From: Eledone cirrhosa
Taxonomy: Eukaryota
DNA: 64,000 bases
Direction: 5' to 3'
Assembly (NCBI GenBank): GCA_964016885.1
Contig: OZ024742.1
Location: 213,404,001 to 213,468,000, forward strand
The notes under the pieces are model-generated. The model was not told the origin of the DNA, did no database searches, and saw only the letters and a list, made by a program, of their open reading frames with translations. Positions 38,323 through 51,233 of this stretch are shown here, piece by piece (the first letter of the stretch is position 1; every line of letters begins with the position of its first letter). A program made the translations under genes and the position numbers.

Positions 38323-40468
38323 CTACCCCCCCGGGTCATTATGGGGTTTGAGGGCGAGGTAAGTCCTACGCAATCTATGTTTACATGCAGTAACCAGTTC
38401 ATCTTTCTTGTTTAGGAGTTGGTCCGTCGAAAACAGCATTTGTAAAGTTTCCTCCGAGCATAAATTGCACGGACGGCGTCCTCCCGTGTAAGAATTGGCT
38501 CTGGACAGTAATCTCCAAGTGAGATCATAGGTGATGTTGTTGTCCTTGAGGTCCCATATGTGGCCCGAAAGTGTAGTGGCGTGACGCCGGGCCGGGTTTC
38601 GGAAGGTATGTCTATGTTGGTATAGCCGGGTCTTGAAGTCACATGCGGTAAGTCCTATATAGGCTTTGTTGGAGGTATCCGTCCTCACGTTGCACTGGTA
38701 GATCACATTACGGTCTCTGCATCTATTGTCGAGTGGGCAAATAGATCTATCCGGGCAGTTACACCTCCTGGTCGGTTCTCCACTGCTATTTAGGTTATTT
38801 CTGCCATCGGGGTTGAGTTTTTTGTTGTTAGAGGAGACGATGTTTTGTGCGAAGTTTGGTGTAGTGCTGTAAGAGAGTTTGATGGTATTTTTGTTAATTA
38901 TGTTGTGGTAGCGGTGTTGTAATGGGAAGTGTTTTTCAATGAGCCTAAAGAATAGTTTCCCGATGGGAGTAGTCACCTCTGCGTTGTGGGGAGGATTGAA
39001 CCATGTTACATTGCGTGAGCGGCGGTGTCTCCTGCTGGTTCCGCTAATGGGAGCTGGACAGTAGGATATTTCCTCCCGGAAACCACTCCGCTTGAGGGCC
39101 TGGTTGTAATAAGGCGCATGTTCATCGAATATCCGCTCATTAGCTGACAAACGGGATATGCGGAGGGAGATGTTTTTGACCAGGTTGTTTGTGATGTTCC
39201 TAGGATGGTTTGATCGGCGGTGGATGTAGTGCAGATTGTCATTAGGTTTCCTGTATGGGTAGTACAGGTCGTTTTCGAGGTCGAGGGTCACGTCCAGGAA
39301 GTTTACTCGGGTCAGGGACGTTTGTAGGGTTATTTTAAATCCCCAGTCGCGGAAGAATCTGATTAATTGTTTCCGGACCCGATCTGTACTACTGGGGTTG
39401 TACCCTTTAAGGGTAAGGAGCCCATCATCACGGTACAATCCACCACCGAATGCAGGAAACATATCAGTGAGTTTGGCTATTAGGAATAATCCTATAAGAT
39501 CAGTGACCTCCGCCGAATCCGTGGCGCCCATGCTGACGTCGAAGGGTGAGTCGGGAGCTCTTTTTATCCATTTAGAGTCGTCAAAGAGTAAGACTGTCTT
39601 CCTGGATGATTTTTCTTTCCTGGTCGGTGATGGGCACGAGTGTTTCGGCGAAGTCCAAGGCGGCAGTAAGTAGCGGTAAGGTGATTGAAGCATAGTAGCT
39701 CTCTATGTCGAACTGTATGAATTTAGTTTCTCGTTTATCCTCCATATTGCTGAACCAGGAGATTACTTCCTGGGTGTTGATCCATAGGCTAAGTCGGGTG
39801 TGTTGCTTGACTTTTGGTATCACGCGGTCTAGGATTTTTTTGCTGATTCTCCCTATGTCGGACTTCGTTGGGTTAATAAGCCCAATAGAGGGTTTACGGT
39901 CAAAATCGGATTTATGGTCCTTCAGTGTGAAGTATGGTGTCCGTGGGTCTAGAGGTTCCGTGCGGTCGGCGACCCCGAGGCTGGAGGTGATTTGTTGTCC
40001 ATCTCGATTTATGTCCTCGATGCAAGAGTGGTTGGCCTTTTTATAGGTGGAGTTTAGGCTGCTCTTGATCAGTGTGTGGTATCTGTCAGGGTTGACAAAG
40101 TACAGGTTCCCAGTTTTATCCGAATGCACCATGATGTCAATTGTGTTATCATACTCTGTTAAGTTGCTACGGAGTGTTTGTAGGAATCGGTTGTGTCTGG
40201 GTTTAAATTTAATGTTCTTGACCAGTCGGAAGAGGTCATTCTCGAAGAGTGCGAGCAAGGGGTTCAGGGGCGGAGATTTGTAGGTAATAAATCCGAATCT
40301 CTCCTTGGTGCCGAAGTCTTGGTTGTCGCAATATCTGTCATAGAAGAAAGTTCTCCATCTAAGTCTTTTCGCAAATAGATCGATTTTTTGCGTGAGCATC
40401 CGAAGGTAAAGTTTTTTCGGTGGGATTAGGATGTTCTTGGTAGAGAAGTCAATGTTGTGTTTTCGCAT
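38323..40468 (-). pseudogene. PLE RT-GIY-YIG ORF with one frameshift near 39600
   Basis: MRKHNIDFS...QFDIESYY / VSMGA...LYRDDGL...FLDVTL...CNCPDRSICPLDNRC...NVIY...YIGLT...CNLC. Confidence 0.9.
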
Positions 40469-41225
40469 GGTGCGGGTGAAATGAATTGAGCTTAGCGGAA
40501 AAGTCTGGATACGGCGTGGTAGGGTCGGAAAGTGCTCTACTACGGGAGTAGGAGCTAGATAACGAAGGAAATGTGGTAAGGAACCAGGTGGACCATAACG
40601 CACCAAAGTACTCAATACTTGAGGTAGTAGAGTGGGTAATAGAAACCAGTAAGACCCCGACAGCTGAGCTCAAGCCGTTTCGACGGCTAATTCTGGACTA
40701 AATGAAAATTTATCCTGGTATTTAAATAGCCGAACTTCTCAAGGGGTAATTCCATATATGGTCAAAGTGATTGTCAAAAATCAGTAGTAATTCTGTGGTT
40801 GCAAATTAGTAGGGGAGATGGTGGCTAAACCTGCCAGTAGGAGAAAGAGGGCATGAGGTCAAAGAAGATACAGGGGGGGGGGGGAGTCGGAACGGTAGGT
40901 AGAACAATGGGGGGTAGAAATAGGAAAGAAAAAATACTGAGAGTGAAGAAAAGCAAATAAGTGTAAAGAAAAAAGTAAAGTAAATTAAATTCTACGACCT
41001 AGGTGTCAGGCTATTGTTAGGCTAGAATAAAATAAAGAAAGAAAGAAAGAAGTAAAGAAATAAATAAATAAATAACTAACGAAATAAGTAAAAGAACTAG
41101 GTGGGACGGAATAGGCAAGGACCCTTTTAAGAGTTATAAGTACGTAAATGATACGGTGACGGGTCAACAAAAGGGGCCAAAATACTAAAGAGACTACCAC
41201 GAAATAAACAATAAAGGCTTCCATC

Positions 41226-41982
41226 CCGGGAGGAAATATCCTACTGTCCAGCTCCCATTAGCGGAACCAGCAGGAGACACCGCCGCTCACGCAATGTAAC
41301 ATGGTTCAATCCTCCCCACAACGCAGAGGTGACTACTCCCATCGGGAAACTATTCTTTAGGCTCATTGAAAAACACCTCCCATTACAACACCGCTACCAC
41401 AACATAATTAACAAAAATACCATCAAACTCTCTTACAGCACTACACCAAACTTCGCACAAAACATCGTCTCCTCTAACAACAAAAAACTCAACCCCGATG
41501 GCAGAAATAACCTAAATAGCAGTGGAGAACCGACCAGGAGGTGTAACTGCCCGGATAGATCTATTTGCCCACTCGACAATAGATGCAGAGACCGTAATGT
41601 GATCTACCAGTGCAACGTGAGGACGGATACCTCCAACAAAGCCTATATAGGACTTACCGCATGTGACTTCAAGACCCGGCTATACCAACATAGACATACC
41701 TTCCGAAACCCGGCCCGGCGTCACGCCACTACACTTTCGGGCCACATAAGGGACCTCAAGGACAACAACATCACCTATGATCTCACTTGGAGATTACTGT
41801 CCAGAGCCAATTCTTACACGGGAGGACGCCGTCCGTGCAATTTATGCTCGGAGGAAACTTTACAAATGCTGTTTTCGACGGACCAACTCCTAAACAAGAA
41901 AGATGAACTGGTTACTGCATGTAAACATAGATTGCGTAGGACTTACCTCGCCCTCAAACCCCATAATGACCCGGGGGGGTAG
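41226..41982 (+). pseudogene. Inverted duplicate of the P2 GIY-YIG region
   Basis: The 217-aa ORF is nearly identical to the C-terminus of the 38323-39693 ORF. Confidence 0.9.
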
Positions 41983-43218
41983 ACTAGGGCTATAACACCC
42001 CACTTGCCGATTTTGCAATGGGTAACCCCTGCTTGCCAAGGAAGACGTAAGATCTTCTTTGTATTCTTTTATCACTTCCTTTATTTCCTTCCCCCCTCTC
42101 TCCTTTGTCCTTCTACCCCAGCTCTTCTCCTTTGTCGGCGTCTTTTCTTGCCCACCCGAGGCTGCCCTTTGGCCCCATGTAGCCTTAGTACCCCCACCAC
42201 CCCCTCCCCTAGTCTATGATAGATTTGGCGGACTCCGCCCTTTATAGCAGTTGGCTTAGACCCCGGATACTTGCCCCCTTTTTCCGACCGCTCCCACTAT
42301 TCTCTGTGCCCTCTATATTTCTTAGTGGCACTTATGCCTTATTTTTTCGTTTCAGTATTTCTTGCTTCGCTTTTCTTCTGGGCGGGGTGGATTCTGAATT
42401 TATTTCTCCGTATTCTACCTTTATTTCGTACGAACCTTCATGTAGCTTGTTTTAGATCTTTTAGAGTTAGCATTAGTATATATTTTTCTCGGGACTCAGA
42501 ATTATTATCTCGTACAAGTTCACTTTGCTGCACTGGGTCGTTGCTGGCCCGGGATGGAAGCCTTTATTGTTTATTTCGTGGTAGTCTCTTTAGTATTTTG
42601 GCCCCTTTTGTTGACCCGTCACCGTATCATTTACGTACTTATACCTCTTAAAAGGGTCCTTGCCTATTTCGTCCCACCTAGTTCTTTTACTTATTTCGTT
42701 ATTTATTTATTTATTTATTTCTTTACTTCTTTCTTTCTTTCTTTATTTTATTCTAGCCTAACAATAGCCTGACACCTAGGTCGTAGAATTTAATTTACTT
42801 TACTTTTTTCTTTACACTTATTTGCTTTTCTTCACTCTCAGTATTTTTTCTTTCCTATTTCTACCCCCCCCCCATTGTTCTACCTACCGTTCCGACTCCC
42901 CCCCCCCCTGTATCTTCTTTGACCTCATGCCCTCTTTCTCCTACTGGCAGGTTTAGCCACCATCTCCCCTACTAATTTGCAACCACAGAATTACTACTGA
43001 TTTTTGACAATCACTTTGACCATATATGGAATTACCCCTTGAGAAGATCGGCTATTTAAATACCAGGATAAATTTTCATTTAGTCCAGAATTAGCCGTCG
43101 AAACGGCTTGAGCTCAGCTGTCGGGGTCTTACTGGTTCCTATTACCCACTCTACTACCTCAAGTATTGAGTACTTTGGTGTGTTATGGTCCACCTGGTTC
43201 CTTACCACATTTCCTTCG

Positions 43219-43311
<93 letters not shown>

Positions 43312-43330
43312 CATATATATATATATATAC

Positions 43331-44425
43331 AAAATTAAGATAAATCAAAATGAATTTAATCTAAATCAAAATTATGGGTGTCATGCCAGAAAGGCATGCA
43401 CCATATCACCCGCAAAATAAGCTCTAAGATTCTAACGAATACGTCCGAGCATTTTATAACAACTAGAAATTGATTAACATATAAATAAACATGAATAATC
43501 ACAGGAGATAATTTTTACAAGTGTGTAAGCACACATAGCTAGGTAGGTAACTAAATAAAGTTAACTAGAACTTCAAAAATAGATACCTTATAATATGATT
43601 AATCTTCCCTGTATATATTCCACTAAAGAAATATATTTCACCAATTAATCGAATGGTAAACCACGGATGCCGATACTTGGATTTTCAACAAGGAAGAAGT
43701 CCAGCGATCTATGTTTACGCATCAAGTTCAAATCACCGACTGGCCAGTAACACGTGCTGTATCTACTAGAAATACACACATCACACCAGCTTCGTCCCAG
43801 TGGCGTGAATAGAGTTATCGACAACTAGAAACAGCAGTCAAGTCCTTTCAACAGAGTTAGCTCTACAATTAAGGAGCCGTATTTATATATCTATATCCAA
43901 AATTAAGATAAATCAAAATGAATTTAATCTAAATCAAAATTATGGGTGTCATGCCAGAAAGGCATGCGCCATATCACCCGCAAAATAAGCTCTAAGATTA
44001 TAACAAATAGGTCCGAGCATTTTATAACAACTAGAAATTGATTAACATATAAATAAACATGAATAATCACAGGAGATAATTTTAACAAGTGTGTGGTGGG
44101 TAGATCGGGGGTAGAGGGAGAAGGAAACAGGCGTCCAAGCGGGGAGAGCGGAAGGTGGTGTGTGTGTATGTGTGGATGTGAGTGTGAGAGTTTGGGGAAG
44201 AACGAGATTCCATGTTCGGGTAATAGGAAAACCAGTGTGTACATGGGGTGGGGTGTAAATCAGTGTGTGTGCGTGTGGATGGAGTGGTGTCGGAGGGGGT
44301 GGGGGAGAGATGGCGGGCGGAGGCCGTATGTGTATGTGAGGATAAGCACGTGTGTGTGTTTGTGTGGTGTGAATACGTGGCAATGTATGGTTGCGTGTGT
44401 GCGAAAATAGTGTAAGTGTTTGTGT

Positions 44426-44466
<41 letters not shown>

Positions 44467-46955
44467 CCTGAATGTTCCTGAATGTATGGACAGATGGTGA
44501 AAAAATCCGAGTATATAAAGGTGGATGTTTGCAGCGTATGACCAGTGGTGTAGGATCCGTGGAATGGTGCGGAGGAAGTAGGAGATTTACGGGGTGCGCG
44601 CGCAACAGGAAGTGGTCAAGAAGGTTAAGGCAGGCGGTGGAGAAGGCGGGGAGCAGGATGCAAGAGAGAGGAGATAAGCAGTTAGGAGGATGACAGACAG
44701 GCGAGTGATAATGGGCAGGGGTGGTCTGTATGTGTGTGTGGAATGTGTGTATGTGTGTGCGGAGGTGAGGTGGACAGGGGTGGAGGTGGGTTAGTGTGAA
44801 CAGTTGAGGGAGAGGGCGGCGGTGTGTGTGCGGGGGTTGTGTGTATATTAGTGGAGGTGTTAGTAGAATGTGTGTGAGGAGAGTGAGGGGAGGTAGTATG
44901 GGGGAGAGAGAGGCGCTAGGTACAGTATGAGTGAGTGTAATATACTGGTGTGTGTGCGTGTTTGGGTATGAGTGTGTGTGTGTGTGGTAGGGTGGGTGTT
45001 AGTATTATTAGTGGTGGGGGGTCGAATACGGGTGTATGAGTGGGGGTTAGTGGTGGTAATGCGGGCGTGGGGTGGGTTGTACTTCGGTGTGTGCGTGGGT
45101 GTGAGTAAGTGTATGTATGCTGGTGTGTGTGTGGTGAGGTGGAACGTGGGTTGGAGGATGTTTAGTATTATTAGTGGTGGGGTGGTCGGATGTGGATGTG
45201 TAGGTGGGAGATAGTGGTGGTGGTTGGGTGTGTGAATAGTGTGAGTGAGTGTATATATATATATGTACTGGTGTGTGTGAGCACGTTGAGGGTGTGGGTA
45301 CGTGTGTGATAGGGGAGGGGGAGGGGTTTGTTAGTATTATTAGTTGCGGGGTGGACCAAGGGGGTGGGAGTGGCTGGAAGTGGAGGGGACGGTGAATCTC
45401 TGGAGTGTTTTCGTGGTGTTAGTAGGGTGTGTGTGTAGGGGAGGGGGAGGGGGACGGTCGAAGGCTACAGGAAGAGGGGTGGTGAGTTCAGGCCAGGGGT
45501 GTGTGGGTCTGTAGGGTGAAGATGGTGTGTTGTTCGGCCCTAAAGCGGGTTTCGGGGTCCCATGGCATTCGATCAGGCCACAGACGGTGAGGTTGTTAGC
45601 GGAGTGTTCAGGGGAACCAAAGTGGCGGGCGATGGGGGAACTCCCGCCGAGACGAATATCTGGGAGGTGCTCCGTGAACCGATACGCCAGGCGACGTCCG
45701 GAAGTCGATAGATGATGTTGGAGGAGGTGCAGCGGAAGGCATGCCGAACAGAGAGAGAGGGCGTTGGGACCCTAGAAGGTGGTGGTGTTGGTAATGTGGG
45801 GGCAGGTGTGGCAACGGGGTTTGGAGCAGGGAAGGGAACGTTGGGACGCGTTAGGGAGCTGCGGACGAGGAAGTTGCGGAGGTTGCGCACGCGTTTGAAG
45901 GAGGGGAGGGTGGGGATGGTAAGAAGGGGGAGGTGGAGGGGTCGGAGTGGATGCGTCGGAAGAGGCGGGGGATGGTGCGGGAGGGGTACGGTTGGGGGGG
46001 GGGGGGGGGGGTACGGTGGGTGGGGGAGCGGGAGCGTGGGGTGAGGGTGGTGCAGCGGTGCGAATGAGGCCGGCGTCGACTAGGGAGGGGGTAACCTCTC
46101 CGGATGAAATGGCTGACTAGAGACAAGGCCTGAGTCTCGAAGTCAGCATCTCGGCTGCAGAGCGGCGGATCTGGAGGAGTTGGGGGTAGGGAATGGAGTA
46201 TTTAGTGTGTGTAGGGTGGGAGGAGGTGAAGTCGAGGTAGGGGTGGGAGTCGGTGGGTTTGAAGAAGGCGGAGGTGACGAGGGAGCGGTGGGAGGGGTCG
46301 ATGGCGACAGAGATGTCCAAGGCGTGGACGTGGGTGGTGGAGATAGAGGTGGTTTAGTGGGGGGAGGGATGGAAGGAGCAGAAGAAGAAGAGAAAGGAGT
46401 CGAGCTGTTCTCGGGTGAGGGTCCGATGCAGTCGTCAATATAACGACCGTACAGTTTTTGGCCTGTGGTCGGGGGAGGAGCAAATGTCAAGGTAGTGCCG
46501 GAGGGCGCGTAGGCCGTCGGCATGGGAGATGACGGTGTAAAGGGACTTAATGTTTAGGGTGAAGAGAAGAGGGTGTGGGCCGGGTGGGAAGTTGAGGGAG
46601 TCAAAAAGGCGAAGGGCGTGATTGGTGTCGGAGATGTGGGAGGTGATGAGTGGGCGAGGATGGAGTCGAGGTGTTGGATGGTGGAGGAAACTTATTGTTG
46701 GTAGAGGGGGTGGGGTCGGAAAAAAGGGGGCGGTAGAAGAGAGGATTGCGGAGCTGCCTGAGGGCTTCGGCCGTGTAGAGGTCGGTGCTCCACACAACCA
46801 AAGCGCCTCCCTTGCCCTCCGGTTTGATGACGATGTCGTCGCGGTTACGGAGGGAGCGGAGAGCGAGGAGTTCGACCCGTGAGATGTTATACCGTTTGGA
46901 GCGGCGGCGGAAATCGAAGTGATTTACTGCGCTACGACAGGCGTCAACGAACACA
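43331..46955 (-). mobile_element. Degenerate Penelope-like element P3 (Neptune-like) with duplicated terminal repeat
   Basis: DIVIKPEGKGGALVVW, IKSLYTVI, GRYIDD, FKPTDSHPYLDFTSSHP, CTSSNIIY, ..PPGLN; direct repeat about 43331-43526 / 43899-44094; long CA-rich 3' UTR. Confidence 0.8.
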
Positions 46956-47249
46956 CATGTGTGTGTGTGTGTGAGTTTTAGACTCCCATGACTAATTCTC
47001 AAATAGACGAGATGTGAAAGGACATGCATTACAAACGGTAATCATGTTTGTTCCCCGCCCAGGAATATTTTCAGGTGCTGCAGCCATAGTGCATGTTTAT
47101 GCACCATCAATTGCGAAACACTGAGCTCTCCTTCTCTTCTAAAACTCCACATTCCTTCTAGTTATCATTGTTTGTTTCTTTCTTTCCCTATTTCCTTTAT
47201 CACCTCAACAGTAACAACAACATTATTATTATTGTTGTTATTATTATTA

Positions 47250-47475
47250 TTAGGGTGGTGGGTTGGACGAATCGGTAGGGCGTCGGATACCCTGCTTCGT
47301 GGTATAGAGTTATGGCCCTTTACGTTCTGAGTTCAAATCCCGCCGAGATTAGCTTTGTCTTTCCTCCTTACGAGGTTGATAAAATAAAGCAGCAGCAATG
47401 CACTTGGGTCAATTTAATCGACTTTCTCCTCCCCTTCAACTTGCTGGCCTTGTGCCAAAAGTAGAAACAATTACT
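47250..47475 (+). mobile_element. SINE (Nin/Deu-like), full length
   Basis: Matches the family consensus from head to gtagaaacaatt. Confidence 0.8.
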
Positions 47476-47819
47476 ATTAGCATCTCCGCGTGTGACCACA
47501 CCACTCTATGATTTAACTTCATCCTGTCAGCGTTTTGTAAAAGTCGGAGAGATCGGCTTCACATACTTTTGTTTACATTTAAAAGCTGTGATTCAGCTAT
47601 CTAATTTAAAAGGGTAAGGGCCGTCACCGTCCGTAGGCTTAATGGTTCAAATTGCCTTAATGTTTCAAATAGTCGGTATCTGGGAGATACAAGTGTCGTA
47701 GCGGCCCATGGCAACTCCCCTTTCCATCTTTTAGCGTCTTCACTTTATTTTATAAGCTATTTCCTAGCATCTCTGGGCATGAGCATAGCACTCTTTATAT
47801 TAGCATTATCAATAGTGGC

Positions 47820-47821
47820 AA

Positions 47822-47889
<68 letters not shown>
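47820..47889. repeat. (AGT)n microsatellite
   Basis: Directly visible. Confidence 0.97.
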
Positions 47890-48344
47890 TAACATGTCGG
47901 CCTCTTTGTCACATTAGCAAGCTGTCATTTTTCAACGCTAATAACACGCTAACTCATGTTCTAAAGACTCCGTCATAAATAAAAGAAAACAAACCAACAC
48001 GAGCAACAAAACAAAACAAAATGGTGACAATGACGTCGACGACGATCATATCTACGGTGATGATGACAACGACTGCAGCAACAATAGCAGCAAAACTGAC
48101 AAAAAAGGTTTCTAATGTCATTAAACTGACAGTTCATGGAATGCCGATACATTAAGAACAAATGCGACACAGTCTTTGTGAGAAATCGACCTGTTTCTAC
48201 CTCAGTACTGAAACTCGTGTATATTCAGCAGATTGGGTGGTGAGATAAAACCTTAATATCAATAATATATAATATTAAAAGAATATTGAACATATAAATA
48301 CAAACAAATAATGCGAAAAGAGAAATGGTTAAAGATAAATGGAA

Positions 48345-48960
48345 TAATTGTTTCTACTTTAGGCACAAGGCCAGCAAATACCCAGCGCATTACTGGTACT
48401 TTATTTTATCGACCCCGTAAGGATGAAAGGCAAAGTCAACCTCGGCAGGATGTGAACTCAGATCGTAAAGGGACGTAACTATGCTGGAAAGCATGGCGTC
48501 CGACCCTCTACTGATACTGCTAATCCAATGGAATAATGGTTTGTGGTTTAGGCACGAGGCCAACAATTTCGGGGGAGGGAAAAGTTGAATCAACACCAGT
48601 GCATTACTGGTATATTATTTTACCGAATGTAAAGAGACGTAACTATATGCTGCAAAAGGACGTAAGTACATGTCCGACGCTCTACGATACTGCCAATCTA
48701 TCGCCCTAAGATAATGGCTTCTGATAAAAGCATAAAGCCGATGTAAGCATTAGGGGAGTGGAAAGTCGATTAAATCGACCCTCGTGCATTACTAATACTT
48801 TATTTTATCGACCCCCGTAAGGAGGAAAGACAAAGCTAACCTCGGCGAGATTTGAGCTTAGATCGTAAAGGGTCGTAACTCTATGCTACAAAGTATCGTG
48901 TCCGACGCTCTGCCGATACCGGTAATAATTGTTTCTACATTTGGCACATTGTTTCTACAT
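48345..48960 (-). mobile_element. Tandem cluster of about 3 antisense SINEs
   Basis: Three consecutive family copies in the same orientation. Confidence 0.75.
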
Positions 48961-49267
48961 TAGGACCTAAGACGTTGGGTATATTAGGAATATATAATAC
49001 ACAGGGAAACAAGAAATAATGGGGGTAATATCCTAAAACATTAGCAAATACCCAGGAGTTATACATAGTATAAAGAAAATTACTGTTTGGCATAAAACAC
49101 GTACATAATGTTAAGTACTTTCAATATAATAGAAAACACACATATACACACGCAAACGAATAAAAATAACAATAAAGCATAACAGTGCACTAAACAAAAG
49201 CGCTCAGAGATGTGTTTAGTTGTGCAATGAAATCAAACAATACTAATAAGGCTTCAGGAACAATAAC

Positions 49268-49590
49268 GATTTATCTATTAGCCACACGGAGCTCACATTA
49301 AGAAACATTAAGGACGGCACAGGACGGTATAGTGTGGAGTTTTGCGTGTAAAAGAAATTAAACGAAAACAACGTAAACCGTAAAATTCAAACAAAAAACA
49401 AAATCCCCAATAGGGGGAAACTTCCGAGTATCACTCGTAGAAAAAGCCCACAAAAAATCACGGTTACCTTAACAGCTAAGGAAAGTGCCATCTCCCAGTT
49501 GTCCTCATCCAATCTACAGGCTAGTACTCAGAGCAGTACCATTCACACAGGCCATGCTCGCCACTCTCACCTACCTTTCAAAATGGTTGC
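49268..49590 (-). mobile_element. Tx1 3'-end remnant
   Basis: Minus strand encodes ...VRVASMACVNGTALSTSL*, has the CCCCTATTGGGG hairpin and ends GTGGCTAATAGATAAATC. Confidence 0.75.
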
Positions 49591-49799
49591 AAGGTAGCAC
49601 GATGGAATCAGTAATAGCCAGATCCATCCTACACGCGAGAGGTGTTGAAAAATAAAACTACGAGTCAGCAATACTCGACCTCACTGTCTTCGCTTGACCC
49701 AGAACTGCATCTCAGTGAAATAGATGAACTGCGGAAAGACGTGTCTGAGAGACAGTTACCACACTTGTTAACGGAGGACTGCAGCTCCGTTAAGGAGGT

Positions 49800-50430
49800 A
49801 GAGGACAGTCGATTAAGTCGACCCCAGTGCGTGACTGGTACTTTATTTTATCGACCTCGTAAGGATGAAAAGCAAAGCTAACTTCACAGGATTTGAACTC
49901 AGATCGTAAAGGGGCGTAACTCTATGCTGCAAAGCATGGTGTCCTACATTCAAGTGATACTGCCGATCCATCGCCTTAACAACAACAATGATAATATTAA
50001 TAATAATAATTGTTTGTACTTTTGGCACAAGGCCAGCAAATACCAGTACATTACTGGTACTTTATTTTATCGACCCCCGTAAGGATGAAAGGCAAAGTTA
50101 ACCAATAATAATTGTTTCTACTTTAGGCACAAGGCCAGCAATTAACCAGTATATTACTGGTACTTTATTTTATCGACCTCGTAAGGATGAAAGGCAAAGT
50201 TAACCTCGGCGGGATTTGAACTCAGACCGTAAAGGGAGGTAACTACGCTGGAAAGCATGTCCGACCCTCCATCGATACTGCCAATCCACCGAATAATAAT
50301 TTTGTTTCTACTTTTGGCACAAGGCCAGCAATTACCCAAATAATAATACTTTCTGATTTAGACACAAGGCCAGCTTTTTTTTGGGGGGGGGGAGTCAATT
50401 ACATCGATATGACACTTGACTGCTGCTTTA
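49800..50430 (-). mobile_element. Tandem cluster of about 5 antisense SINE copies/fragments separated by (AAT)n
   Basis: Repeated aataattgtttctacttt(t)ggcacaaggccagc starts. Confidence 0.75.
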
Positions 50431-50457
50431 TTGTTACAACTCAGGAAAGGTAGAGTT

Positions 50458-50680
50458 AATGATGATGATGAGGGTGATAATGAGGGGGAGGAAGAGGAGG
50501 ATGAGGAGCAGGATGAGGATGATGATGATGAGGAGGAGAAGGAGGAGGAGGAGGAGGAGGAGGAGGGGGAGAGGAGAGGGAGGAGGAGGAGGACGGCGAC
50601 AACGATGATAACTACGACGACGACAACGACGACAAAAACGACGACGACGACGGGGATGACCATGATGGCGACGACGATGA
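50458..50680. repeat. (GAT)/(GAG)/(ACG) low-complexity trinucleotide tract
   Basis: Directly visible; produces poly-D/E/T pseudo-ORFs. Confidence 0.9.
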
Positions 50681-51192
50681 AAATGGGGTTGATCATTTCT
50701 TTTTACTTTGATAATAATGAATTCTATATGCGAAAGCAAAAATAGAAAAAGAATTTGATTTTGAAAATTTTATGACAGATGTACAAAGTACGTGGGATGA
50801 AAAGCCAACGTGATAAACAATTCATAATCCACAGAGATATATTGAATGTATTTTATTATATAAACGAACATTTATGGAAATTTTATTACAAAATCAAGAG
50901 GAGCAGGCGGGTTTAGAATTCGATTTTGAACATATTCTATTGAAACACACACGCACGGACACACATTCACGCACGAAAGATATTTACTAAAGCATGCTTA
51001 TAGATATTTTTACTGGTTTTGTTAACACTGGGCGGTAGCCATAGTTGGGTATTGCTTTCCAAGGAATCATCATTACATCAACTTCAATGCATATTTTATC
51101 AATGTAGGGGTGGAATGGAAAAGCAAAGTCGCCATGAACATAACATAGTACCATATGATATATGTCTAATGCTCAAACACTTCTACACTTCT

Positions 51193-51229
<37 letters not shown>

Positions 51230-51233
<4 letters not shown>

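Larger units (their letters stand above)
37166..43220 (-). mobile_element. Penelope-like element P2: near-intact copy with upstream partial pLTR and inverted 2-kb 3' arm
   Basis: Minus-strand ORF 40468-38323; direct repeat 37166-37757 / about 40640-41230; inverted arm 41226-43220 mirrors 37166-39079; (TA)n at both ends. Confidence 0.93.

Noticed and set aside
37166-41230. LTR retrotransposon suggested by direct repeats flanking an RT
   Set aside because: No gag, protease, integrase or TG..CA ends; RT plus GIY-YIG identifies a PLE with pseudo-LTRs.
50416-50745. Acidic poly-D/E/T ORF
   Set aside because: Derived from a trinucleotide low-complexity tract.
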